NCBI GenBank assembly: GCA_028534125.1
Contig: CM052816.1
Coordinates: 62,932,001 to 62,996,000 of the forward strand
From: Lama glama
Taxonomy: Eukaryota
DNA length: 64,000 bases
Reading direction: 5' to 3'
Within the stretch, counting starts at the first letter, position 1, and each line of letters begins with the position of its first letter. Shown here in pieces: positions 13,695 through 26,833 of this stretch. The notes beneath the pieces were generated by a model. The model searched no databases, had not been told where the DNA came from, and saw nothing but the letters and a program-made list of their open reading frames with translations. Position numbers and translations under genes: made by a program.

Positions 13695-13875
13695 CACTGA
13701 CTCCTATTTGTATAGTACTAGCATTGCATTCTCTCCTTTGTTCTATAATAAGTTATTACTGTTTCCATTTAAAATATTATAAAACTAAAACTTTAAAAGT
13801 TAAAATGGATCACTCAAAAGCATATCAAGAGGTACAAAGCTAAGACTTAAATCCAGATGTACTAAAAATAATCTA
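13695..13875 (-). mobile_element. MIR SINE fragment
   Basis: TTATTACTGTTTCCATTT..AAAACTAA..AAGTTAA..AAAGCTAAGACTTAAATCCAGAT. Confidence 0.45.
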
Positions 13876-14079
13876 AGTACTTTTCATTTCTTTTTGATTC
13901 AAACCTCCTGGCATTATCATTATCTTAGCTGACCTGAGATAAAATTAAAGCCAACACATTTTAACATATTGCCAGATGCCTAATATGTCAAAGGGGCATA
14001 TTCTGCAGTGAAAAAATTATCTTAGTATATACACTACAATATGAAGTAAAAATCTAGAAAGTACATATCATGACTATAA

Positions 14080-14628
14080 ATTTTTTTATGAAGTTAAAAA
14101 TACTCTTACCATATAATCCAGTGAGTCAATACCTAGGTATTTATCCAAGAAAATTGAAGAGTTATGTCCACACAAAACCTGTGAGTGAATATTTCTGACT
14201 GCTTTATCCATAATCATTCAAGCTGGAAACAACCCAAATATTCATAAGCAGGTGAATAGATAAATAGGGTATGTCCATTCAATAGACTACTACTCAGTAC
14301 TAAAAAGGAACAAATTTCCCCATACATAAAACAACATGGATATATCTTAAAGCATTGTGTTACCTGAAGAAAGTCAAACCCATAGTATGATTCCATTATT
14401 TATGTTAGTTGGGGAAAGGTAAAATTATAAGGACAGACATCAGATCAGTGGTTACGGGAGCTAGTGGTAGAGAAGCAGGTTAGCCACAAACTTTAGGAAG
14501 TGATGGAAATGTTCTATATTCTGAGACAATGGTTACATGACTTTATACATTTGTCAAAAATTCAAAGAACTACACAGCTAAAGGGTGTATTTTACTCTAT
14601 TTAAATTATACCTCAAAAACCCAACTTA
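14080..14628 (+). mobile_element. Old L1 3' end (L1ME1/L1MD-like)
   Basis: TTACCATATAATCCAG..CTAGGTATTTATCCAAGA..CTGGAAACAACCCAAAT..GATGGAAATGTTCTATAT..GGTTACATGACT..AAATTATACCTCAA. Confidence 0.8.
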
Positions 14629-14629
14629 G

Positions 14630-15890
14630 AATATAGAAAATATAGGACTTATAAAATGTTACAGTGTCTGAATAAGTGGTAAAACATATGTACCACCTCT
14701 GTTTTTGAAAAGTATGTCTAAATATATACATTTTCAAATTAATCACAAAATTCAGTACAATTATAATCAAAATTCCTTGTAATGTCTCAAGCAATTTCTT
14801 ACATTTACATGGAAGAGCTAAAGACTAGATTAAGTATGGTGTTTTGAAGTGACTTCCTTTAATTAGATATCAAGACATGATAAAGCTGTAGTAATTAAAA
14901 TGTGTGCTATTGGCTCAGGGAAAGACAGATCAATAGGAAAACAGTACTCAAGAAGAGACTAAAGTCTTTGTGGGACATATATATATATATACTGGAGAAG
15001 GTATTGAAAATCAGAGAAGGAGAGGTATTACTCAGTAGACAGTGTCAGAGCAATCTGTTTCCATTATAAAATTAGATGTTTGAGTCAAAACATGCACAAA
15101 ATTACTAGGTATATGATATAAACCTAAGCATGAAAGAAAAACTTTAAAACTGTATTAGTGTAACATTTGGGCAGGGAATATTTATTTTCCTTGAAAAAAA
15201 CATAAATCATAATCTGCCTATAATAACATGTAAAACTTCTACAGCAAAAAGGGACCATAACATTAAAAGAAGAGAAATAAACTGAAAAATACAACCAACA
15301 TGCACTACAGGCAGTAGAAAAAAATTCAAATTCCTATCAATCAATCAGTAAGAATATGACAAATAATCCATTAGTAAATGGGCAAAGGATGTAGTTTTGT
15401 GTAAGTCAAGAAAGGAAAAAAAACTGGGCAAAGAAGAAAACAGACAGCATCAGTGGTTGGGAAAATTGCAAAACAAAACAAGATGTCACTTCAAACCCAT
15501 TATATTGGCAAAAGTTATAGTAATGCCAAGTCACATGAGAATATGAGAATGAAAATCTCATCCACAGCTGGTGGGAGTATATACTGGTTTTGGAGGGCAA
15601 TTTGGCAATATCTCTTCAAGCTGAAAATAAGCATATCCTACAACCCAGCAGTTCCATTCCTCAGCATACTCTCACACCTGCATGTAAGATGTATGCACAG
15701 GGACATACCTCAGCATTGTTTGTAACGGGAAAATGAAAACAATGCAAACAGCTGTCAATCAAGAGATAGAGAATCAAAACCACAGTGCACATATACAGTG
15801 GAATATGAGTTAGTGCCAAAATAAATAGCATCACTAGATCTGAATGGTTTAACATGCATGAAATAATTAAAAGACAATGTTGAGAAATTA
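14630..15890 (+). mobile_element. Very old L1 ORF2/3' fragment (L1ME-like)
   Basis: AGATATCAAGACATGATAAAGCTGTAGTAATTAAAA, AAATGGGCAAAGGAT, TTTGGAGGGCAATTTGGCAATATC, ACAACCCAGCAGTTCCA. Confidence 0.7.
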
Positions 15891-16947
15891 AAGTAATTAA
15901 TAATCTTATCAAGAGCCTTTAATAGAGATAACTTGCTCCTTTCCCAACTAGCATTTCCATTTGTTTTAGTTCCATCCAGCTATTACTCATTGAAGGATTA
16001 TGCAGCTGTTTTCTGTGCATTAAAATCTCACACATTCTTCAATGCTGAGCACAGATTATAATTTCTATATGAATATTTCCTAATATTTCATTGATAGAAC
16101 TTATATTTCTCTCCTGGATACTTGAAAATCAAAAGGCCTCAGAAATTGTGGTTTAGTATCCTCGTTACATATACTCAAGAGCACCAAATGCACAGAGATT
16201 GACCTAACCAAAAACTAACGTCCTCATGACAAAAATACCTTTGTTTCTGTAGATTGCCACCAAAGTCTTGGCCATTGACTATCTACATCTGTTGAACTGG
16301 TGCTGTGTAAAAAAAAATTCCCATTCTGGCAGAAGATATTTCATTCTATTTTTGCAAACTGGGTATACATTGTGATGGGTTAAGTGCAAAAAAGATTGTA
16401 ATTAACTTACAGCTGTGCTCAAATTTCAAAATTTGTTCCCCAAACCACAAGCAACAGAGTTCTGCTTATATCAAGGTTGCTGCTTTGAATGGGATGTATC
16501 TACTAGAACATAACTAAGTTATAAAATCTTAATTTAAAAAAGTCTTGACTCTTTCCAGTAAAGGAATCACTACTTTTTGGAATGTTATCCATTAATATAT
16601 AAATATCCCCTATTGAATATTTTAAGCTAGTAGCCTAGCTTGTGAAATAGTCTGACAAACATTGAATCTAATCATTAGCAACCCTTTATAAATTTAAACA
16701 CCTCTCATCTCCTGGCAGGCTGGCTGAATGATGAAATACCACCTCTTGTGGATATTACAGCCATAAAATGTCATTTGGCTGGGCTGTTGTGTTTTACTTA
16801 GCTGGGGGGGGGGGTGGCATATGGATATTTTGGTGTGCTACTAATGAAGAGTACAACTGTTGATTCCAAAAATGCAAAATGATGGTGTAAAAATCACAGG
16901 ATTAGAGTATCTTAATCATTTCCTTATGTCCCTCTAGATCAAAGTTT

Positions 16948-17366
16948 TGTGGTGATTAATTTTGTGTCAACTTGACTGGGCCACAGGGTGCCAGAATAGC
17001 TAGTTAAATGTTCTGAGGGTGTTTCTGGGTTAGTTAGTGTTTGAATCAGGAGTTTGAGGAAGGAAGATTGTCTTTCCCAGTGGAGGTGGGCCTCATCCAA
17101 TCTGTTGAAGACCTGATTAGAACAATACCAGTAAAGGAGAATGAGCTCCCTCCACTTACCTGTCTTGCAGCTGGACCACAGGTCTCCTTCTGCCTTCAGG
17201 CTAGAACTTAACCATCGGCTCTCCTGGGACTTCAGTTCCCCAACTGTACATCTTAACATGCTTCCATAGTCCTATGAGCTAATTCCTTAAAATAAGTAAA
17301 TTAATAGGTCTATAGATCCACCCATGGAACCCTATGGATTATGTTTCTATGGAGAACTCTAATACA
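16948..17366 (+). mobile_element. MLT2-type (ERVL) solo LTR
   Basis: TG..CA termini; TTAATTTTGTGTCAACTTGACTGGGCCACAGGGTGCC, GGTGGGCCTCATCCAATCTGTTGAAG, TGTTTCTATGGAGAACTCTAATACA. Confidence 0.88.
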
Positions 17367-17922
17367 GGTATGAATGAGGGGAAAGGAAAAGCATTCAAAA
17401 TAAGAATCATTATTTTTCAATGTCATTCATTTACAGTCCACACTAGCTATACACGCACACACACACACATTCATACACAAATCTGTAAATCCCTTGTATT
17501 TATAGGTTGTTTAATCATTAGGATGTAACTTGGAACCAGTTCTCATACACCTTCAATTGCAGAATTTTAAAATTTAGTCATTTTAACACAGACACATTTC
17601 CTCTTTGGCTGTGGGATGTAAGACTTTTACTATGGCCTTCGGGATATGGAATACATGTGCTCAGCAGAGCTTTTACTTAAAACTCCATTCCAACAGACCC
17701 CACCAAGAATAGGTTTGTGGTTGCTTCCCGCTCCTCTTCCCTGTTTCCAAGTGATCTTTACTCTCTAAGCAGACCAGCTTTCTGTAACCATTGCTTTATC
17801 TGTTTGCTAAGGATGTTTTTCTGAGATGGCTATCTCCGGCCTTCACATTGCTGTGGGCTTCTGTCTGCCTTGTGCCCAGACCTTTCCACTCCCTTTGGAA
17901 GTAGAGCATTGCCAGCACAGTA

Positions 17923-18119
17923 GTGCTATGTAAAAAATTCCCATTCTGGCAGATGTGATTAATTTGAAAATGTATATATTTAGTCATACTTTTCAAAAAC
18001 AGAGGTTGTACATATGTTTTACCATTTATTCAGACATTTTAACATTTTATAAGTCCTATATTTTCTATATTCTGAGTTTTTGAGGAATTTATATAGAGTA
18101 AAAAATTCCCATTCATGGC
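17923..18119. repeat. Locally templated composite insertion (direct copy of 16300-16333 + inverted copy of 14590-14747)
   Basis: Direct sequence comparison; see findings. Confidence 0.9.
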
Positions 18120-18194
18120 CTCGAGTGTCCAGCTCTCCCTCATCCCTCCCCTCTCTGCCACCAAAATCATCTTATACCACATAAGACTACTCTA

Positions 18195-18450
18195 CCCATT
18201 CAATATGATAGCACCACTCTGTTGGCCAGAGGCTATAAAATGGTACACAAAAGATATCTGACCCCATGGAGCTTACAGTCCAATGGAGGATTCAGACATT
18301 AAACAGACAAATACTATGTAATTTCAAATTGAAGCAAGTGTTACAAAGAAAAAAACAGATACAGTAGGTTTCTTCCCTTTTGAACTCCTTCGTTATTGAC
18401 CTGAGGGTCTATAACAGCTTGACAGGGTAAAATGAAGAAGGAGTTAGGGT
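18195..18450 (-). mobile_element. L2 3' fragment
   Basis: CCCATGGAGCTTACAGTCCAATGGAGGA..CAGACATTAAACA. Confidence 0.6.
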
Positions 18451-19409
18451 GATACAATGACTGTGTAATTCATTTCCCCAGGTTCCTCCTACCACGGATA
18501 CCATAAGGCTGAGAGCAGGGGAAAAAAAAAATCCTCTCTACTCTGAGTCCTTAGGGATAAAGTTGTGTATTAGACATGTCTAGAAAATCTATTTTACTTT
18601 ATTACCATTTTTTCTAGTTCTGCTGACTTCCATCTTATAGCCACTGTATTTCTCTGATTAGCTCACTTACTACTTTATTAGCCTTGACATGTCTCCATTC
18701 TGTGCTTTAATCTGTGGTTCAGTGATGGGGTTTTAAAGCAGTGCTCATTTGCATGTCTTAACAGAAACAATAGAAACTCCCTGTATTAAGTTAACTCTCA
18801 ATTTTTTATACCTTATCTTCCCCAAAGAGCTCTATTTAAAAAAAAAAATCCCAGTGGATCCAATAGCACATGGATGGGATGCATTATGCTCTGTGCAAAA
18901 TACCATAAGCCTCATCCTCTTCCTGTTGCCCCCACTCATCCTTGCTGACCCTCAACCAGTTTGTGTACTCCAATTTTACCTTTGTGGAATAAATAGTTTG
19001 CATGTGGTACCTACCTCAGGTGAGGTGAGAGTTAAGGCAGAGATCCTTACAGAACCAGGGATCGTTATCAGGGTAGAAGTGTCTTTCATTTGGCCTTCCC
19101 ACAAAATCCATTCGGCACTCATACACTGCATGAATACCTGTTTGCCTCCAGCATATCTTAGACTTTGCAACTGACACAGCTTGAGCCATCAAACTGAGAT
19201 GCACATTTATCAATGCCTACTGTTTTATGGCTTATAAAATATTCTTACCAGGTTATTTTATACTTAAGACTTGACCATCCAATCCTTGAGAAACCACAGT
19301 CTGAAGGAGAAGCATTAAAATATAAATATGATATTTTAATTAAGAAATCATACTGCATCCTTAAAAATTATGTTTCTGATTATTAAGACATGTTATTTCC
19401 ATTATACTT

Positions 19410-19730
19410 TTTAATAATTTTTCACAATTAACATCATTTAATTAATCTTTTCCCTGTATTTGAATATGTAAGTAGTTGCTTCTTTTTTACTATTAGGGAA
19501 TAATGCATTAGTGGACATCTTTGTCCACAGAGGCCTTCATTACTTTAGAATTTTTTCTTTAGTATGGTCTCCCAATTGAGAAGTTACTAGGCATAAAGAA
19601 TAATAAGCATGTTTCAGATTCATGACACACAGTACCAATTACCATCCCAAATGCTTATGTCTATTTATACTTCTAAGATAAGCATCTCACAGTGCCTGTT
19701 TCAGCATAAACATGTAAGCTGGTATAGGTT
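19410..19730 (-). mobile_element. Very old L1 (L1ME-like) 3' fragment
   Basis: ATAATGCATTAGTGGACATCTTTGT..TACCAATTACCATCCCAAA..ATTTATACTTC..GTGCCTGTTTC. Confidence 0.55.
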
Positions 19731-19964
19731 TTAGAAATAATGTCATTACTTAGAAGTAAAGACATGGATAAAAATCTGAGTGAATAGATTGGTAGCTCAA
19801 AAGGCTAAACATGCTGTGAGTACCTTTTTTAATAAAGTTGGAGTTTAGGGAATCTGGGAAGACATTTCACACCTAAACCGAAAAAAAAAAAAAGGCTTTC
19901 TCCAGAGACCAAGTATGAGAACTGTTCAACTGCCCTAAAAATCTACTCCATTTTAATAATCAAA

Positions 19965-21792
19965 TACCACTAACCTATGTCAATGTCTTGTCCTCTCTGC
20001 CACCCCCATCCTGGTCCACATTCGCATCAACTCTCTTGACTTTCTCAATAGATGTGTAACTAACAAAGTAGAATTTCATTTGCTTAAAAAAAGTGATGAA
20101 TTAGAGAGGAGCAAAACAGAAGCAGAGAAAGTATTTTCCCATTTGCAAAACCCTCTGCAAAAGGTTCTCATTATTCTTAAGATAATCTTAGGCTAAGGAA
20201 AACCCCTGACTTAAACATAAGACAAGATACAATAAACCTCCTAGAGGAAAATATAGGCAAAACATTATCTGACATACATCTCAAAAGTTTTCTCCTAGAA
20301 GAAATAAAAGCAAGAATAAACAAATGGGACCTAATGAAACTTAGAAGCTTCTGCACAGCAAAGGAAACCATAAGTAAAACAAAAAGACAACCCACGGAAT
20401 GGGAAAAAATTTTTGCAAGTGAAACCGACAAAGGCTTGATCTCCAGAATATATAAGCAGCTCATATGACTCAATAAGAAGAAAATAAACAACCCAATCCA
20501 AAAATGGGCAGATGACCTAAACAACCAATTCACCAAGGAAGACATACAAATGATCAACAGACACATGAAAAAATGCTCAATATCACTAATTATCAGAGAA
20601 ATGCAAATCAAAACTACCATGAGGTATCACCTCACACCAGTCAGAATGGCCATCATTCAAAAGTCCACAAATGACAAATGCTGGAGAGGCTGTGGAGAAA
20701 AGGGAACCCTCCTACACTGCTGGTGGGAATACAGTTTGGTGCAGCCACTGTGGAAAACAGTATGAAGATTCCTCAAAAGACTAGGAATAGAATTACAATA
20801 TGACCCAGTCATCCCGCTCCTGGGCTTATATCCAGAAGGAACCCTACTTCAAAATGACACCTGCACCCCAGTGTTCATAGCAGCATTATTTACAATAGCC
20901 AAGACATGGAAACAGCCTAAATGTCCATCAACAGATGACTGGATAAAGAAGAGGTGGTATATTTATACAATGGAATACTACTGAGCCATAAAAACTGACA
21001 ACATAACGCCATTTGCAGCAACATGGATGCTCCTGGAGAATGTCATTCTAAGTGAAGTAAGCCAGAAAGAGAAAGAAAAATACCATATGAGATTGCTCAT
21101 ATGTGGAATCTAAAAACAACAACAACAACAAACATAGCATAAATACAGAACAGAAATAGACTCATAGACATAGAATGTAGACTTGTGGTTGCCAAGGGGG
21201 TAGGGGGTGGGAAGACTTGGATTTCAAAATTGTAGAATAGATAGACAAGATTATACTGTACAGCACAGGGAAATATATATAAGATCTTATGGTAGCTCAC
21301 AGAGAAAGGAATGTGACAATGAATATATATATGTTGATGTATAATTGAAAAATTGTGCTCTACACTGGAATTGGACACAACATTGTAAAATGATTATAAA
21401 TCAAGAAAAAATGTTAAAAAAAAAAAAAACGAATCTCAGGGACCTGAACATTCTGGTCCCTGCCTCTCTCCATCTATGACGAGAATATTACATTCTATCT
21501 GCCTAACGTCCCTTCTCCCCCATCCAGCCTGTTGATACTTCACCTTTCAGATGTCAGCTCACGCATCATATCCTTACTCCCTAGCCTGAAGAGTATCTGT
21601 ATTTTCCTTCAAGATATGTTTCACAACATACTTTGTTGTGAATAATTGCTTATTTATGAGATTATTTGATTGATTGTCCACCCCAGACTGCAGTTTTTGG
21701 TCGGATCAAATCTGTTTTGCTCACCTTTGGATTCTTCTGAGCACCTGGCAGAATGCCTGGCACATAGCTGGAGTTCAACATTATTTATTTAT
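19965..21792 (+). mobile_element. L2 fragment interrupted by a young L1
   Basis: L2 motifs on both sides of the L1; ends GCACCTGGCAGAATGCCTGGCACATAG..TCAACATTATTT. Confidence 0.6.
20208..21429 (+). mobile_element. Young lineage-specific L1, 5'-truncated (ORF2 C-terminus, 3'UTR, poly-A)
   Basis: Single frame [79 protein letters not shown] with point stops; A-tail at ~21416-21429. Confidence 0.96.
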
Positions 21793-22269
21793 ACAGTAAC
21801 AAATATTTATCTCTAGAATGTATGAATCTCACTTTGGTATGAAAGTTGGGAGACTAAATAAGGAAGGAGAATGACTCGATTATATAGCATGGAAAGTGAT
21901 AACAACTGAAAGTGACTTAAAGAGAATGTATATAAATGGAATTATACTTTCAAACTGAGCTAAGCTCACTGAGTAATGTGAGATGCTATGATTGATTTTG
22001 TGACCAGGTATTTGATTTCTTTGTTCCTGAAATGCCACAACTATATAAATGACAGTATCTCATGTCCATATTTTCTAGTATCAAAAATCTATGCAACTTT
22101 TATCCTGAATTTGATTCAAACTACAATAAAATAATTGTGTGATTTGATACAGTGACCACGTAGGTTGTATTAAGTAGGGGAGCCTGAAAGGAAACTGTAT
22201 GAGAAGGAAAAAGAGGAGTCAATATAAATCACAGTAGGATCAACTTTGTAGGAAAATGTTTTGTCCCTT

Positions 22270-22860
22270 TATTGCCACAAAACCAGCCTCGGTATGCTGA
22301 TAGCTAGATTGACACTTGGAGGCAGAGTTTTGGGAGAATCAGAAAAGACCAGCTTTACTGCTTCCCAGGCAAAGGGGAGTCATAGCAGGCTAATGCCCTA
22401 GAAACTGTGAATCCGTCTTGGGGTTGGGGTCTTGAGGTTCTATAGAAAAACTGGATCGAACAGAAAAGGTGAGAACACTCAGGGCATTTTACAGGGTGAT
22501 GCATTCCCCTTAACCTCAATGAATCTTCCCGGCACCATTCTGATTATCAGCCTGTTATCTCCTTCCCGGTACAGCCTCTGGATTAAAGCTATTCTCAGTA
22601 AAAAATACATACATATAGGAACGAGAGAAAGTAATGGAAAAGTTTGAGGGTTGTTAAGCTGCAGGACTTCTCAGTCAGAAAGAATCAGCGCACAGTTTTA
22701 GCGTCAGGGAGGGCAGTTGGTGAGTTCGTTTCCTACTCCTTCACCTCTGCTTTATGAAGAAGTCTTCAGTCAACGCTAACTGCACAGTCCTGCGTTCTCC
22801 ACAGGAATTAGGGCTGGATCAAGTAAATTATTAAAACAGCACAGCTAGGAAGCGTTACTG
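22270..22860 (-). mobile_element. ERV1-class solo LTR (lineage-specific type); right boundary uncertain
   Basis: CAGAGTTTTGGGAGAA..AGAAAAGACCAGCTTTACTGCTT..CAGGCAAAGGGG..CATAGCAGGCTAATGCCCT is a reversed ERV1 LTR R/U5 pattern; GC-richer than the flanks. Confidence 0.7.
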
Positions 22861-24270
22861 CCCTGAGCTATGTTGTTGCTTTTTTTTTTAAATAAGAGGA
22901 GAATAAATAAAAACTTAAAGATAGATAACTTTTGAGTTCTTATCTGGGCAAAAGTTCCTCTGTAAACAATCCCAGTTATTTTATAGCCTAATTATGGATT
23001 CTTCTTTTTAGATGATCAGCCTCTCCCACTTTGTCGTCATTTCTGTAAATAACTAGGTATTATGACCATCACTCAACCCCATAAATCAAGAAGGAAAAGC
23101 AATTATGACACGAGCAATGAACACCAACAGGGAATACAAACCTGTAATAAACCGTATTTAGGTCTGAAGATCATCTGAGTTTTGCATAATTTAGGCTGGA
23201 AAAATATTTAACTGATGGTTAAAATTCAACTAGGGAACATCCTCAGGACTATCTTTCAACCTAAAGTGTGAAACAGATTCAGTGTGGTGCAATCTCACCA
23301 TGATACATACTAGAATTAGAATAAGGGGCAGCAAATGTTGACAGACACCTGGAGGTTGGAATAATGAGTCCTTGAAAAAGGAGTGCAAAACTGAGAATAA
23401 ACTGTTACTTAACTTAACTTAAGGAGCAAGATATAAGTAAGTCAGTCTTGTATTGAGATCATTCTGATTTCTCCAATAATAGTCCTTCAGATGGAATCCA
23501 AAATGTTAAAGTCCATGGTACCACAAGCAATTTCTAAGCAAAGATCTTATTGTAAAGGAAAAAAATCTATCCACATTTCTGAAGTTTAATATTGCTTTAT
23601 CACTACCAAGTGCTTGTCCTGACTCTTAGACACTTGCATCTTTAAGCAAATTTCCATAAGGTCCTTATAAATGAAACAAACAAGAAGGAGTTTACAGAAA
23701 TCACAACCAGCTTGAAAGTAAGCCTAATTTTTAAGCTCTTTTAAAAGCCTTTTTAACACAGGGTGGAGATCTTCTCTTTCTCCAAGTGTTCTGACACACA
23801 GAGAAAAAAATTAGTCAAGTGTTATATGTAAGACAAAAGCAACTTAAAAGATTTTTAAAAGAGAAAGTTGGGTGGTTGTTTTCTCCAAGTTTTAAATTAA
23901 GAATGTGAAAAAACCCTTTATTTACCTAGTAGAAACTGGAAATGCATGCTTCAGCATATGTTTATAACTACTCTAAGGTAAAGGAGATAGAAGAAAGGAA
24001 AGCAGGGAAAGAGAAAAGTTTAGGAAATCCTGAATTACATTTTTTAATACAAGCCAAGTGTCCACAAATGCTAGAGGGGCCTTCATGTTCCATGGAAATT
24101 GGAGTGTCCATTATCATTTCCTTCTAAAGTTATTAGCTCTCTAGGAGTTAGAATTCTTCTCTTTGCCTGGAGAAAAGCTTCTATTTTCAGGCTGCAGAGA
24201 TATTTTCAAAATAAAGACTTATTTTTTTGCTTGATCTCCTGTTTGCCCCTGCATTTATAAAGGACTTAAG

Positions 24271-24387
24271 AATTTTTGAAATATAATTTCTCATCTTGGA
24301 AAAAACTGATAAATTTATCCATCATTTCAATTTTTGAAATATTAATTTCTCATCTTGGAAAAAACTGATAAATTTATCCATCATTTC
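24271..24387 (+). repeat. Tandem duplication, 58/59-bp unit x2
   Basis: 24271-24328 and 24329-24387 are identical except for one inserted T. Confidence 0.97.
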
Positions 24388-24951
24388 TAGGAAAGAGTTT
24401 AACTTTCAAAACTTCCCAGGTGTACTTACATCAGTTTCTTGCAGGTTCAGTGATGTTATTTCTGTTTCCAGGCAAATCTCTAAACATTTCTGGATATTAA
24501 GTTTCCCACTTAAAAAGTCACTAAATTGATTTGGCTGATCTCCAGAATTTATCCTAGATTTAATATTTAATAAATCTCTAAATTTGCATTTGGAATCAGT
24601 ATTTATTAATGATTCTAAGCATCACTCCCATATACTGTAGAGTTCAAACAAAATTTCTTTTTGGCTGGGATCAGTCATAGTAGGAATAACCAATACTTTC
24701 TTTTCTGAAGTGAAAAATCTTTCTGATAAAAAAATGTGGAATGTGTTGACTCTCCTTTGCTACTCCAACATGAATAAAGAAATTGCTTCAGAGGTCTCTT
24801 GGTAGGAGAGTGGTTTGGGTGCCTCAGTTACCCACTTCAGATACTCCATTTCCCTTCCCTGATTCATTTCCACCTCTGACCAATGGAGGGAACTCTACTG
24901 GATCATTGCTGACCTGTAAGTCTCTTCATTGATTAAAAACCCGTATTTTTT

Positions 24952-26721
24952 TATACGCAGAGAACTACAAAACATTGACTAAGGAAATTAAAGATGACTT
25001 AAAGAAAAGGAAAGATACTCCATGTCCTTAGATTGAAAGAATTAATATTTTTAAAAATGGCCATACTACCCAAAGCAGACTACAGATTTAATGCGATCCC
25101 TATCAAATTACCCAGGACATTTTTCACAGAATCAGAACAAATAATCCTAAAATTTTTATGGACTCATGAAAGACCCAGAATTGCCAAAGCAATATTGAAG
25201 AAAAAAGAATGATACTGGAGGAATAATTCTCCCAGACTTCAGACAATACTACAGAGCTACAGTAATCAAAACAGGATGGTCTTAGTACAAAAGCAGACAT
25301 ATGGATCGATGGAACAGAATAGAGAGCCCAGAAATGAAACCACAAACTTTTGGTCAATTAATCTTTGACAAAGGAAGTAAGAGCATACAGTGGAATAAAG
25401 ACAGTCTCTTCAGCAAATGGTGTTGGGAAAACTGGACAACTGCATGTAAATCAATGAAGTTAGATTACTCCCTCAAAAAATACACAAAAATAAACTCAAA
25501 ATGGCTTAAAGACTTAAACATAAGACACTATAAACCTCCTAGAAGAAAACAGGCAAAGCATTATCTCACATACATCTCAGCAATGTTCTCCTAGGGCAGT
25601 CTACCCAAGCAATAGAAATAAAAGCAATAATAACCAAATGTGACCTAATTAAACTTATAAACTTTTGCACAGCAAAGGGAACCATAAGTAAAACAAAAAG
25701 ACAACCTATGGAATGGGAGAAGATATTTTCAAAAAGATGACACTGAGAAGGGCTTAATTTCCAGGATATATAAACAGCTCATACAACTTAATAAGAAAAA
25801 CAAACAAACAACCCAATCCAAAAATGGGCAGAAGACCTAAAAGAGGAATTCTCCAATGAAGACATACAAATGGCTAATAGGCACATGAAAAAAATGCTCA
25901 ATATTGCTAATTATCAGAGAAATGCAAATCAAAACTACAATGAGGTATCACCTGACACCATCATTCAAAAGTCCACAAACAAACGCCGGAGAGGCTGGAG
26001 AGAAAAGGAACCCTCTCACAGTGTTGGCAGGAATGTAGTTTGGTGTAGCTGTTACGGAAAACAGACTTACCATATGATCCAGCAATCCCACTCCTGGGCA
26101 TATATCCGGAGGGAACTCTAATTTGAAAAGATACATGCACCCTAATGTTCATAGCAGCACTATTTACAATAGCCAAGACATGGAAACAACCCAAACGTCC
26201 ATCAACAGATGACTGGTTGAAGAAGTTGTGGTATATATATATACAATGGAATACTACTCAGCCATAAGAAACCATAAAATAATGCCATTTGCAACAACAT
26301 GGACCTAAAGATTGTCATTCTAAGTGAAGTAGTCCAGAAAAGAAAGAAAAATATCATGACATCACTCTTATGTGGAATCTTAAAAAAAAAAAAGGAGAGA
26401 GAAAGAAGAGGACACTATGAAATCATCTACAAAACAGAAAGACTCACAGACATAGTAAACAATCTTATGGTTACCAGGGAAAGGAGGTGGGAAGGGATAC
26501 ATTTGGGAGTTTGAGATTTACAAATGTTAGGCACTATATATAGAAATAGATTTAAAAAAACAAATTTCTTCTATATAGCACAGGGAACTATGTTCAATAT
26601 CTTATAGTAACTTTTAATGAAAAAGAATGTGAAAACGAATATATGCATGACTGGGACATTGTGCTGTACAGCAGAAATTGACACTGTAACTGACTGACTT
26701 CAATATAAATAAATAAATAAA
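24952..26721 (+). mobile_element. L1 3' portion (ORF2 C-terminal part + 3'UTR), lineage-specific
   Basis: ORF 25301-25594 [29 protein letters not shown] is ORF2; (TAAA)n tail at ~26705-26721. Confidence 0.95.
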
Positions 26722-26833
26722 GGCTATCATTTATTTGGCATTTTAGTTTATATGTAGGGAATATATATAATATTTACCTTGGAATTCATGTGCATACTGA
26801 TTTTGACTACTCCATTCAAAATCAATTTGTCGA

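Noticed and set aside
18749..19174. 141-aa ORF
   Set aside because: Non-ATG start, no recognisable domain and no convincing splice context.
20177..20620. 147-aa hydrophobic, membrane-protein-like ORF on the minus strand
   Set aside because: Antisense shadow of A-rich L1 ORF2, a common false gene prediction.
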